This document shows positions 42,724-52,309 of a DNA stretch of 64,000 bases, in pieces. The DNA is from an uncultured Alphaproteobacteria bacterium (GTDB lineage Bacteria; Pseudomonadota; Alphaproteobacteria; Rhizobiales; Beijerinckiaceae): the NCBI GenBank assembly GCA_963713805.1, contig CAVQNF010000002.1, positions 1-64,000 on the forward strand, in the 5' to 3' direction. Position 1 is the stretch's first letter, and every line of letters begins with the position of its first letter. The notes beneath the pieces were generated by a model, which was not told where the DNA came from, made no database searches, and saw nothing but the letters and a program-made list of their open reading frames with translations. The position numbers were made by a program, and so were the translations under genes.

Positions 42724-43106
42724 CGGAAAGTTCCTTCTCTTACGTCGTTCAGGAGGCCGAGCGCGGGCATTTCCAGAATGCCGAGCTTACTGCTCGTCGT
42801 GACGCCTGAAAACGAAAGGGAGCTGCGACCGGTGGGTGGGAAAAACCGATCGCAATTCGGCAAAGCCGGTCGCGGCGGTTTCTTTGCCGAGCGTTCCCAT
42901 GATCTGCACCGGCTTGTCTGGGGCGCCCCTCTGCGCACGTCCGGATCCATCCGGTTTTCCCGCGAGTTTCGTGTATTTCCAATTCAAATTGAAATCTGTT
43001 TTATCAATTCTTCTTATGACTGATCAATCATAGTGAATATTTATTATGAATACTTAGGAAAAAAGATGATCCTGCGACGTTTTGCAAGTGTCGATAGGAG
43101 GTCACC

Positions 43107-43865
43107 ATGAAAGTTTCATTGAAGCGGGCGCAAGGCGTTCGACTGTCGTTGCTGTCCGTGACCGTCGCGGCCTTGCTGGGCGTAAGTCATGCGGCTCTGG
43201 CCGCGAGCGCAGGCGCAGGTGGCGGCGCGAGCGCCGGGGGCGCAGGCGGCGCCGGAGCCGGCGGGGGTGTCGGCGCGAGCGCCGGCGGCGGTGGAGGAGT
43301 CGGCGCCGGCGGGGGTGTCGGCGCGAGCGCCGGCGGCGGCGGAGGCGTCGGAGCCGGTGGGGGTGTCGGCGCGAGCGCCGGCGGCGGTGGGGGCGTCGGA
43401 GCCGGTGGAGGTGTAGGCGCGAGCGCCGGCGGCGGTGGGGGAGTCGGAGCCGGCGGAGGTGTCGGCGCAAGCGCCGGCGGCGGTGGGGGCGTCGGAGCGG
43501 GCGCTGGCGTGGGCGCTGGCGGCGGTGGGGGGGGCGTCGGAGCGGGAGCAGGCGTGGGCGCTGGCGCAGGCGGTGTCGGAGCGGGCGGAGGTGTCGGCAC
43601 GAGCGCGAGTGGCGGTGCCGGTGCCCAAGTCGGTGGGTCCGGAGCTTCCACGAGCGTGGGTTCCGTGAGTGGCGTGGGAAGCGCGCCATCCTCGGCGGGC
43701 ATCGGAGTGTCCTCACCGGGTGCGGCTCAAGCCAGCCTCGAGGGAGTGCAAGGATCCCAGCTCCGCTTGATGCTCAAGCGTCGTTGCCCGACGATCATGG
43801 CGAATGTCAGCGCCTTCGATGATGACCTCGTGCACCTATGCCAGCTCTCGGCAAGGCTCAGGTGA
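43107..43865 (+). CDS. Secreted glycine/alanine-rich repetitive protein
   Basis: AGGAGG RBS. Signal peptide MKVSLKRAQGVRLSLLSVTVAALLGVSHAALA. At least 5 copies of the 16-aa unit GVGASAGGGGGVGAGG. Non-repetitive C-terminus ...RCPTIMANVSAFDDDLVHLCQLSARLR. Confidence 0.6.
   Translation: MKVSLKRAQGVRLSLLSVTVAALLGVSHAALAASAGAGGGASAGGAGGAGAGGGVGASAGGGGGVGAGGGVGASAGGGGGVGAGGGVGASAGGGGGVGAGGGVGASAGGGGGVGAGGGVGASAGGGGGVGAGAGVGAGGGGGGVGAGAGVGAGAGGVGAGGGVGTSASGGAGAQVGGSGASTSVGSVSGVGSAPSSAGIGVSSPGAAQASLEGVQGSQLRLMLKRRCPTIMANVSAFDDDLVHLCQLSARLR
43262..43620. repeat. 48-bp in-frame tandem repeats (gggggtgtcggcgcgagcgccggcggcggtggaggagtcggcgccggc, 5 or more units) inside the Gly-rich gene
   Basis: Direct repeats visible at 43262, 43310, 43358, 43406 and 43454, with degenerate copies to about 43620. 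Confidence 0.75.
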
Positions 43866-44150
43866 TTTGATCGTCCTGATTCCCAAGCCGGGAAACCGCC
43901 AGCCGGCGGCTTCCCGGCAGCCGTCACCGAGCTCAAAGCGCGCGATCAACCCACATCGCATCCGGCGTCGATAGAAGAGCTTGCCGTGCGCTCGATGCAG
44001 CCTCCCCCCGATCTGACGAATAATCTCCTGTGCCCTCACCCGGTCTGAACCGGGACGCGGCGTTGAAGCGGCAAAGAGGTGAGAATATACTTTCAGGCGC
44101 GGTGGCGACGTGGGGGATGCCCCGGTTGGCTACGACAGTGGTGCCTCAGC

Positions 44151-45362
44151 ATGAAGCGAGACATCATCCTCATCGACGGCACGTGGAACAACGAAGGTAT
44201 CGGCTTCGACACGAATGTCGCGAAGCTCGATCCGGCGTATAGCCCTTCGAGGCCTTTGATCAAGGCGGTCGCGAGCGACAAGACCCCTCAGCGTTGTTTC
44301 TATCATGATGGCGTCGGAACGGAGGGTCCGTTTCTTCGCAAGCTGTTGGGCGGCGCCATCGGCCTTGGCCTCAAAGCCATCGTTCAAGACGCCTATTCCT
44401 GGCTCGGCCAGAACTATGAAAGCCAAGACGAGATCTACCTCATCGGTTTTTCGCGAGGATCTTACGCGGTGCGCGCGCTCGCCGGATTGATCGGCGCGTC
44501 GGGCATCCCGCGCGGTGCCGACAAGAAGGTCGTGGAGGCCGCGTGGCAATACTATCGCGTAAGCCCATCGGTGAGAGGCGGGAACGCCAACGCCGGATCG
44601 GGCGACCGGAAACGCATCGCCGATTACCGCTCGCTCGAGCGAGAGCAGGCGTTTCACGAGGATCGGAGGATCGTCTGCGTCGCCGTTTGGGACACGGTGG
44701 GCTCGTACGGCATTCCGGCCGGGTTCGGGCTGGCGCCGCTCGCCCGCTACCTGACGCTTGCGCTTTTGGGATTTCACGACACCTATTTCGGAGACCATAT
44801 CGATGTCGGCCTGCACGCCGTCGCGGTCGACGAGCATCGTCGCCCTTTCGTGCCGACGCTTTGGACCATTCCGAAAGGCAAATCCCCGAGGGGGCATGTG
44901 GAACAGACCTGGTTTGCCGGCGCGCATTGCAACATCGGCGGCGGCTATCCCGATGCCGGACTATCCGACGACGCATTCACCTGGATGGTCGCTCGCATCC
45001 AGGCACTGACGACGCTCGAATTCGACGAAAAGGCGTTCGAGGCGCGCGTCGCCCCCGATCTCGACGGAGAGGTCGTCGATTCGACGATAGGCTGGCCGAT
45101 CGACCATCGCTGGCCGCACGACCGGACGGTGCTTTCGCCCGATGCGATCGACCACCAGGCGCTCACCAATTGTTCCAACCCACACGACGAGAACATCAAT
45201 GAGCGGGTACATTGGAGCGTCGCTGCGAAGCTTGGAAGACCCTGCACCTATCTCGGCCGGGCGAACACGCCCTACGGGCCGCCGAATTTGCACCTCCCGG
45301 TGCCCTCGAATCGAATAGCAGGCGAGACGCCCGAGGAGCGGATGATCTGGTCACGGAAATGA
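44151..45362 (+). CDS. DUF2235 alpha/beta hydrolase (T6SS Tle1-like phospholipase fold)
   Basis: MKRDIILIDGTWNN...CFYHDGVGT...IYLIGFSRGSYAVRALAGLI (GxSxG nucleophile elbow). Intact. Confidence 0.7.
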   Translation: MKRDIILIDGTWNNEGIGFDTNVAKLDPAYSPSRPLIKAVASDKTPQRCFYHDGVGTEGPFLRKLLGGAIGLGLKAIVQDAYSWLGQNYESQDEIYLIGFSRGSYAVRALAGLIGASGIPRGADKKVVEAAWQYYRVSPSVRGGNANAGSGDRKRIADYRSLEREQAFHEDRRIVCVAVWDTVGSYGIPAGFGLAPLARYLTLALLGFHDTYFGDHIDVGLHAVAVDEHRRPFVPTLWTIPKGKSPRGHVEQTWFAGAHCNIGGGYPDAGLSDDAFTWMVARIQALTTLEFDEKAFEARVAPDLDGEVVDSTIGWPIDHRWPHDRTVLSPDAIDHQALTNCSNPHDENINERVHWSVAAKLGRPCTYLGRANTPYGPPNLHLPVPSNRIAGETPEERMIWSRK

Positions 45363-45521
45363 CGGGTTCACGAGCCTGATCGCATCACGTTCCCTCCGCC
45401 TTCCCCAAAGCCGCGCCTCGGCCGTCGCCCGGCCAGGCTCGGATTAACATGCAGTTAAGAGATTTCTGCAAATTCCTCGATCGGGATGTCTCTTTGCATG
45501 TGTCAGGTTTACGGAGGCACC

Positions 45522-45854
45522 GTGATGAAACTTCAGATGAAAACGCTCTGCCGGCGCGCCGCCCTTGTCTTGGCGCTGGGCGGGACATTGGCCGCGACCA
45601 CCTCGCCCGCCTCGGCCTGGTGGTGCCGATGGGGCTGCGGACCCGGTCCGGTGGCCGCCGGTCTCATCGGGGGGCTGGCCGTTGGCACGCTCGTGGGCGC
45701 TGCCGCCCATCCCTATTACTACGGCCCACCCCCAGCCTATTATTACGGTCCGCCGCCCTACGGCCCCCCGCCCTATGGCCCGCCGGGATCGGTCGCGAGG
45801 TGCGCTCCGGGCTATCATCTCGATCCGCAAGGCGGCGCCTGCTGGCCCAATTGA
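45522..45854 (+). CDS. Small secreted Gly/Pro/Tyr-rich protein, BA14K-like C-terminus
   Basis: GGAGG RBS. Signal peptide MKLQMKTLCRRAALVLALGGTLAATTSPASA. YYYGPPPAYYYGPPPYGPPPYGPP. C-terminal RCAPGYHLDPQGGACWPN resembles BA14K C-termini. Confidence 0.5.
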   Translation: MMKLQMKTLCRRAALVLALGGTLAATTSPASAWWCRWGCGPGPVAAGLIGGLAVGTLVGAAAHPYYYGPPPAYYYGPPPYGPPPYGPPGSVARCAPGYHLDPQGGACWPN

Positions 45855-45995
45855 TCCAAGCGCGGGCGCCGCGCCGGTCCACGGTCAGATCTCCGCAGGC
45901 TTGATCGCGGCTCGCGCCGGGCCCGTTTCGGGCGCCGCGGCCGCGTGACCAATCGGCCCGGCGCAAGGGCCGTCGGGCCCACGCCGCTCTCGCCC

Positions 45996-46466
45996 TCAGG
46001 AAGTTCCGCCGACCGTGGCCGCGGTGCTGATCGTCAACAGCAGGATGAACGCCGCCCAGGCGAGATAGGGGGCCATGAGACAGGCGGCGCGGCGATCGAT
46101 GCGCGCGGCAAGCCAGATGCTGGCGATGACGCAAAGAACGAAAGCCGTCATCACGATGAGTGCGGAAATGGGAGCGCGCACGCCGAAGAACAGCCAGGCC
46201 CAAACCGATTTGAGAATGAATTGCGCGACGAATGCCACAATGGCAGGGCTTCTCGCCCGGTTATCGGGTGAAGACCGCAAGACGAGGTAGAAAGACCCGG
46301 CGAGACAAAGCGTCAGCACCATCCAGATCGTCAGGAACCGATTGCCGGTCGGCACGAACCAAGCATAATCGATCGTCGGATCGAGGCCGGGCATGTCCGG
46401 CGAAATGAAGACATATCCCCAAACGCTCGTGAAGGCGACGCAGACGAACGCCGTCATGAGCGCCAT
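45996..46466 (-). CDS. tspO: TspO/MBR-family tryptophan-rich sensory protein
   Basis: Five-TM protein of about 157 aa with TspO-like motifs (AQFILKSVWAWLFFG; LMAPYLAWAAF). Confidence 0.65.
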   Translation of the reverse strand: MALMTAFVCVAFTSVWGYVFISPDMPGLDPTIDYAWFVPTGNRFLTIWMVLTLCLAGSFYLVLRSSPDNRARSPAIVAFVAQFILKSVWAWLFFGVRAPISALIVMTAFVLCVIASIWLAARIDRRAACLMAPYLAWAAFILLLTISTAATVGGTS

Positions 46467-46852
46467 AGGCCGGTTGGGAGCGCGTCCGGTCTCGTCGAGG
46501 CAGGAAGCGCCTTCGATGTCCTGATCGGCCCCGAATACGCGCGCTCGCACAATCGCGGGCGCGTTCACGAGGAGAGGATTGTTCGTCACGCGCGAAAGGT
46601 TAGGCGCGCTGCCCTGCGAAGGCAATCTGCTGGCCTGGATCAAGGCTGCATCAAGAAAGTTCGGCGGAACGGCGGAGGCAGCATCCACCGGCGGACAAGC
46701 TCTTGTTTCGCACGGTGCGATCCACGCCCGACTCTCGATTTCCCACCGATGTTGAAAGGATGCGGACCATCCCCTCGGTCTGGTCTTCCAATTTGGAGCT
46801 CGCCGACCTTACGAGGGAAGCACGTCAGTGTTTGCCAGACCTTCTGCGCCGA

Positions 46853-47086
46853 TCAGCGGCGGGACGTGGGCTTGGTTCGTCCCGCAACGGCTTCGGCCTC
46901 CCCCTCAGCCTCGTCGCGAGCCTTCCGAAGGCCACGAAGACGGGCCGTCTTGGCGGCCTGGAACGCGACCCGCTCCCTCTCGTCCTTGACGCGCCGTTCG
47001 GACATCCGCACGCGTTCCTCTTCGAGGCTCGCTCGCTTTTTCCTTCGGCGCATCAGTTCATCGGAAGAAAGGTGGTCCTGTGCCAT
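46853..47086 (-). CDS. Small basic protein (DUF4169-like)
   Basis: 77-aa K/R/E-rich ORF (MAQDHLSSDELMRRRKKRASLEEERVRMSERRVKDERERVAFQAAKTARLRGLRKA...). Confidence 0.35.
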   Translation of the reverse strand: MAQDHLSSDELMRRRKKRASLEEERVRMSERRVKDERERVAFQAAKTARLRGLRKARDEAEGEAEAVAGRTKPTSRR

Positions 47087-47179
47087 TCAGATTTTTCCTT
47101 GGCTCGGCGGTTCACCTATGGCCGGGTGTCGCCTGGTTTTCGGTCGCTGTTGCCAACGAGCACGGTCTCCCCTCCGTCG

Positions 47180-47545
47180 CTATTTCAGATGGAGCAGAAT
47201 GTCGGCGCATGCCTGAGGCACGCCGAGGTCTGCCGATTTGCTTCCCGGCATCACGGCCCAGCCCCCCTTCTCCACGAAAGTAGCTTGCCGCCAAATGCTG
47301 GCTTTCTTCAGGTCCGCCAGGTTCGTGGAAGCATCCAGGCTGCGCTGGAACTGGTTGACGCAAATGGGCGCGATCGCCTCGACCACGGCAGTGTTCGCGG
47401 CGGAATATGCCAATTCCCTCGCGGTGCTTTCGAGCATCCAGCCGCCCCATTTGAAGCCGATGATCATCGTCAGAAGGACACCGACAGCGGCCCCTTGAAG
47501 AAGCCGCTTCAGCGACTCTCCTTCCAACATCTCGGGTCGTTCCAT
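47180..47545 (-). CDS. Hypothetical membrane protein
   Basis: 121-aa ORF with one TM segment (AAVGVLLTMIIGF) and normal composition. Confidence 0.35.
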   Translation of the reverse strand: MERPEMLEGESLKRLLQGAAVGVLLTMIIGFKWGGWMLESTARELAYSAANTAVVEAIAPICVNQFQRSLDASTNLADLKKASIWRQATFVEKGGWAVMPGSKSADLGVPQACADILLHLK

Positions 47546-47881
47546 CTCGAATTCCTTATGCGTGAGATCGCCAACAGCGTCGATGATGTTCGCTTTCCGC
47601 CATGAGATTATGCGGACGAAACGACCCCTCGCGGATCACGTTCTTCCGCGAGCGCCTCGCTGGCCATGGCTTTACGTGACGCTCACGACAAAGGCCGTGG
47701 CGCTTTCCCCACCATGCACCCGATCAGAGATTTTGGATAGGACTATCTTGAGGCGTTGCTTTAGATCGACGGGCTCGTGCTTGAGTAAATTCTAGCATTT
47801 CTCCATGGCAGCCACGCGAAAAACGCTGGAACCAAGGATAAATGCACAGGTTGAACCTGCGAACCGTCCTCCTTTGGAGAG

Positions 47882-48100
47882 GTGGACATGGGCAAGGAAC
47901 GAGAGAACGAAGATGATCCGGCCGGCCTGCGCCGGTTGGCCAAGCGAATTGCCGAGCTCAAATGGTGGAGTGAGGAGCCGAAGCCTGGGTCGCCCGCACC
48001 GTCGGAGGAGCGGTCGGAGGAGCCGCCGTCGGAAGAACCGCAGGACCAGGGGGGAGACCAGCAGCAGCAAACGCCCGAGACGGATAGAGGAGAAAGCTAG
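47882..48100 (+). CDS. Hypothetical small acidic protein
   Basis: GGAGAGGTGG RBS and a 72-aa E/P/S-rich ORF. Confidence 0.3.
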   Translation: MDMGKERENEDDPAGLRRLAKRIAELKWWSEEPKPGSPAPSEERSEEPPSEEPQDQGGDQQQQTPETDRGES

Positions 48101-48111
48101 CCCCAGCCTCG

Positions 48112-48312
48112 TCACGCGGTGCGATCTGTTGCCTCATAGCGAGTTGTGCCATCGTTCACCTTCCCGGCTGGCTGCAGGGTTGGAGAGCAAGGTTTTTTCA
48201 CCCCGGCGGTTTTGTTCTTGCCGGCGGGTTGACCTTCGTCGGGTGCGCCTGCCTCGACTTCCTTGATCCATTCGGCAAGAGACCCGTCGGAGACACGTTT
48301 CTGACCGTCCAT
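48112..48312 (-). CDS. Hypothetical small protein
   Basis: Strong GAGGTGAGGAG RBS immediately upstream of the ATG (MDGQKRVSDGSLAEWIKEVEAG...). 66 aa. Confidence 0.3.
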   Translation of the reverse strand: MDGQKRVSDGSLAEWIKEVEAGAPDEGQPAGKNKTAGVKKPCSPTLQPAGKVNDGTTRYEATDRTA

Positions 48313-48888
48313 GGCTTGGCTCCTCACCTCGAGAAGCGCTTGCAAACCTTTCATCAAGCGCGTTCCCCAAACCGACCACCAATATCTAGGTTGCTCTGTT
48401 TTCGGTTGCAACGAAGTGGATAAGCTGTGGGAAATGCGTGCGAAACCGCTTCGCAAGCGGGAGTGTGACGAGGGCCAAAACGTCACCGGTTTGGGTGGAC
48501 GGATGGAGTCGGAGCCGACGCTGTTTTCAACCCCAGCCAAACCTGCGCAAGGGACCTTGATGGCTTCGGACGCCTTGCCACGAGCAAAAAGCAGCCGGGG
48601 CGCGTCTTTTCTCCATGGTCTCGCTAAAAAAATGGCCCAGCCGGCATTCAGGCGCGCCGGTGAGGGCCAAGGGAGGTTGGTGCCATGGGCCTTCGGGGAA
48701 TATCAACCCTCCCCATGGCGGATGAACCTTATTACGTCGTCAAGTACAAGTAAAACAGGGGTGCGGCCGCGGGAATGAGGACGCCCTCGCCTGCGTAATC
48801 TCCCTTGCTCATGGATGTCGGTGGAAGCCTCACTCAGCCGCGGCCAGCGAAAAGCCTGCGGGAAAGCACGTCCCGCGGAGTGGTATTC

Positions 48889-49947
48889 TCACAGAGGACC
48901 TGCGGAGACCGCCTTGCTCAACCGAAGAAAGAAAGGATGTTCGGGGCATGCCGACGGGCATGTTTCTCCAGCGGCGCAGGGGAGGCACCCAAAGCTCGCC
49001 GCCGCGCCCGTGCTCTCTTTGGCATCCGCTTGCGGCAGGGACGGACCCGTCAAGCGCAGGCCTCCGCCGATGACGCTCTGCTTGCTCGTGAGAAGAAGCT
49101 CCATTTGCAGGAGCGCCTGGCCCATTCCCGCCGAGGTGCTTTCCGAAGCGTCGACGGCGACGCGATCCTTGAAGAGCAGATCATCGAGAACGGCCGGATT
49201 GGCGGAGAGGGCCGCTTGCGCGGGTGGCGCGACGGGAGCGCCGGACGGCTGGCAAGCGCTCACGCCCTTGCGGCCGAGAAATCCGACCGCTTCGCCTGTC
49301 TTCGTGTCGATCCAGCTCTTCTGCCGACGATCCCAGACCAGGATTTGCCCGCTGTCGGGGTCGAAGGCCCGCCCGGGATTGCCGGCGTCCTGCTTGGCTT
49401 GCGTGATCCTCGCCATCAGCCCTTCGCTGGTGACGCGCTCCGAATCCGCCAGTTCGAGCTTCGGCGGGGGCGGAATGACTTCGCCGTCGCTCGCCTTGGC
49501 TCCCTGGTATCCCACGGCCGTGTCGGTCTTGGAATCCACCCAGGTTTTGCGCGTGCAATCCCAATAAAGGCTCTGGCCCGTGTTGGGGTCATAGGCCCGT
49601 TCCGGGTTGACGAATTGCTGCTTGGCCTGGGTCAATCGGGCGGGCTGTCCGCTTGCGCCGGCGCGTTTCGCTTGCGCAAGTTCACGCACTGGCGGAGGGG
49701 GGATGATGGTGATGCCGCCGCCTTGAGCATGCGGGACCGGTGCCCCGATCAATTGTGCGGGAGGGTTTGGCCCAGGGTTCGGTACCTGGGTCATCTGGGC
49801 GTGCGCATTTTGGGCGACGCCGGCGGCCGCATAGAGGAGCAGCGAGCACAAGGCGATGGTTGTTCCTCGTCCCGGCGCGCATCTGGCAGGGCCGCGAAGG
49901 GCTCGCAGGAAGGCGCTGTCGAGAAACGCCGTAATCGGCATGATCAC
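48889..49947 (-). CDS. Secreted protein with two roughly 45-aa internal repeats
   Basis: Repeats LTQAKQQFVNPERAYDPNTGQSLYWDCTRKTWVDSKTDTAVGY and ITQAKQDAGNPGRAFDPDSGQILVWDRRQKSWIDTKTGEAVGF. N-terminal hydrophobic leader. The Cys-rich C-terminus may be out of frame. Confidence 0.45.
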   Translation of the reverse strand: MIMPITAFLDSAFLRALRGPARCAPGRGTTIALCSLLLYAAAGVAQNAHAQMTQVPNPGPNPPAQLIGAPVPHAQGGGITIIPPPPVRELAQAKRAGASGQPARLTQAKQQFVNPERAYDPNTGQSLYWDCTRKTWVDSKTDTAVGYQGAKASDGEVIPPPPKLELADSERVTSEGLMARITQAKQDAGNPGRAFDPDSGQILVWDRRQKSWIDTKTGEAVGFLGRKGVSACQPSGAPVAPPAQAALSANPAVLDDLLFKDRVAVDASESTSAGMGQALLQMELLLTSKQSVIGGGLRLTGPSLPQADAKESTGAAASFGCLPCAAGETCPSACPEHPFFLRLSKAVSAGPL

Positions 49948-50401
49948 AAGACCCTTTTCCGGACGCCTCGATCAGCAAAGAGGCGGCATGCGTGCCCATT
50001 CAGGGGAACAACACCGCAATTTCCACCTATGAAACAGGCTTCGGAAACAACATAAGGCTCTATCTTGCCCATGTTTATCCTGCCCGGCAAGCGATGTCAG
50101 GCGTGCACTACAAGACGGTTACATCGCCCATCTTATCCTCCATATCGGGAGAACCCTCGCAACTCCTTTCAACGAATCATCAAAACGGCCTGCGGCAAAA
50201 CGACTGTTTCTGCGCGAAGAAGGCGAGCGCGAACATGAGGAGGGGGCAAGCTCTCCGGCGCGATGACGACGCAGATTTTTGGACGTGCCGGTCTGGAACC
50301 ATCCTTGGATCCCGCTGTTCTCCCGGTGAGATTCCCGAAGCGGCATGGCGCCACTCAAGAACTCCCCTGGGGGGTGGCTCGAGGCAGGACGGACGAGCGC
50401 C

Positions 50402-50899
50402 ATGAGCAGCACGTCGGAAATTGGAAACAGAGGCTCCGCATCGGCGAGGCAGCGCAGCTTTGGCGATTTTTGCGCCGAGCCACCGCCGGTGCTCGCTGGA
50501 TTGGACCTCGCGCGCGGGGCGGCTCCAGGCGCCGCTTTCCGCTCGACCGCGTCCGAGAGCTGGCTCATGGGTGAGAGCGGCGACGAACTCAAGGAGAAGG
50601 CCAAAGACCTCGCTTCGAGCACGAGCCCGACGAGCACTGCGGAGGCGAGTGTTGAGAGAAAAGAAGAGGAAATCCGTAAGCGGGGGCACCCGAAAACTTC
50701 AAGGGAGTGCCGCTCGGCGGAAGCGATGAGGCAGGCACCATTGCGCCAACGCCCGATCCCGGCGCTGACGCTCCGAGATGATGGCGGCCGCGTGGACCGC
50801 CCGCTTGGCCGGCGCCGCGAACGATCCCCTCTCACGCCAGCCGCCGCAATGGGCGCGCTCCTGTTCCTCGGGTTCACGCGCCGGAAAACGATCTCATGA
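50402..50899 (+). CDS. Hypothetical protein with a C-terminal hydrophobic anchor, translationally coupled to yihY
   Basis: ATGA overlap with the yihY start. C-terminal ...PLTPAAAMGALLFLGFTRRKTIS* is a hydrophobic segment followed by basic residues. The start is uncertain (50402 or 50565). Confidence 0.3.
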   Translation: MSSTSEIGNRGSASARQRSFGDFCAEPPPVLAGLDLARGAAPGAAFRSTASESWLMGESGDELKEKAKDLASSTSPTSTAEASVERKEEEIRKRGHPKTSRECRSAEAMRQAPLRQRPIPALTLRDDGGRVDRPLGRRRERSPLTPAAAMGALLFLGFTRRKTIS

Positions 50900-51873
50900 G
50901 CGGGGGCGATGCCGCTGGCGAGCTCGAACATGGGCGTGGCCGCAGGGCCGTGACGCCCTCCGAAATTCCGAAGGCTGGATGGAAGGATATTCTTTGGCGC
51001 GTCTACCGCAATGTGCCGGAGCACCGCATCGTCTCGATCGCCGCGGGGGTGAGCTTCTACGTCCTCCTCGCGATCTTCCCCGGCATCGCGGCCTTGGTGG
51101 CGCTCTACGGGCTGTTCTCCGATCCCTCGATGATCGGCCGGCATCTCGATAGTCTTTCAGGGCTGCTCCCCGCAGGCGCGACCGAGGTCATCGGTGAACA
51201 ACTCGGCCGGCTCACGGCGCAGCCGAACAGCACGCTTGGATTTGCCTTCCTCATCGGGCTCGCAGTGTCGCTGTGGAGCGCCAACGCCGGGATGAAGGCG
51301 CTCATGGATGCGCTGAATATCGTCTATGGCGAGAAGGAAAAGCGCGGTTTCATCAAGCTCAATGCCGTGTCGCTCCTGTTCACCGTCGGCGCGTTGCTGT
51401 TCATGCTGCTCGCGCTCGGAGCGATCGCCGTCTTGCCGCTCGTCATGAGCCACCTCGGGCTCGCGTCCGCGACCGAATGGCTGGTGATGATCGGCAAATG
51501 GCCGGTGCTGCTCATAGGGATCGCGCTCATCGTCGCCCTGATCTACCGCCATGGTCCGAGCCGCGAGGAGGCGCAGTGGCGCTGGATCAGCTGGGGGAGC
51601 GCGCTCGCGGCGATCGCCTGGCTGGTCATGTCGCTGCTGTTCTCCTGGTACGCGGCGAGATTTGGGAGCTTCAACAAGACCTACGGCTCGCTTGGCGCGG
51701 TCATCGGCTTCATGACCTGGATCTGGCTCTCCTCGATCATCGTCCTCCTCGGCGCCGAACTCGATGCCGAGATGGAGCATCAAACGGCGCACGACACCAC
51801 CACGGGCCCGCCGGAGCCGATGGGCCAACGCGGAGCCTGGGTGGCCGACACGATCGGAAAATCAAGCGAGTGA
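50896..51873 (+). CDS. yihY: YihY/BrkB-family inner-membrane protein
   Basis: ...GWKDILWRVYRNVPEHRIVSIAAGVSFYVLLAIFP... with 6 TM segments. Intact 325 aa. Confidence 0.8.
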   Translation: MSGGDAAGELEHGRGRRAVTPSEIPKAGWKDILWRVYRNVPEHRIVSIAAGVSFYVLLAIFPGIAALVALYGLFSDPSMIGRHLDSLSGLLPAGATEVIGEQLGRLTAQPNSTLGFAFLIGLAVSLWSANAGMKALMDALNIVYGEKEKRGFIKLNAVSLLFTVGALLFMLLALGAIAVLPLVMSHLGLASATEWLVMIGKWPVLLIGIALIVALIYRHGPSREEAQWRWISWGSALAAIAWLVMSLLFSWYAARFGSFNKTYGSLGAVIGFMTWIWLSSIIVLLGAELDAEMEHQTAHDTTTGPPEPMGQRGAWVADTIGKSSE

Positions 51874-52309
51874 GCGCGGCGGCATCCACGCCGTGCGCCC
51901 CCGCATCCGTTCCGGAGATCGCGCGGTCGCATCGTAAATGAAATCCCCTTGATGCTCGTTGCGCTCGCGAGAAATCTATGTGGAAGATTCACCCAGTTCC
52001 GATGTGCGCATGGCGCTGCACATATGGCGCAGCGGTCTCGCCGTCAGATCGGCGATGAGGGTACTGGAACAAAAGTGTTCGGGAAATCCGGGGATTGCTC
52101 CTGAAGTAACTCTCGTTATCGCGTCTGTATAGGCTCGCCTGCCCCTTCGGATTTAAAATTACGGGCGGTGTAATTTCAATAATCCGTCCGGTTCAATTTT
52201 ACAAAAAACAGCAACCATTGGCTCGACCCCTGCAACGGAGCCGGTATCGCGGCGCTGATGTTCCGCTCTGGACCATGCATGCGGCCGCAACTCGGTTTTG
52301 TGGGTCAAA

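Noticed and set aside
43082-43822. Arg-rich 246-aa ORF and minus-strand ORFs 43102..43716 and 43187..43702 over the Gly-rich gene
   Set aside because: These are alternative-frame or antisense readings of the GC-rich 48-bp repeats. Only the 43107 frame has an RBS plus signal peptide.
50119-51144. 341-aa minus-strand ORF
   Set aside because: Antisense to yihY and the coupled upstream ORF, with Arg/Asp-rich junk.
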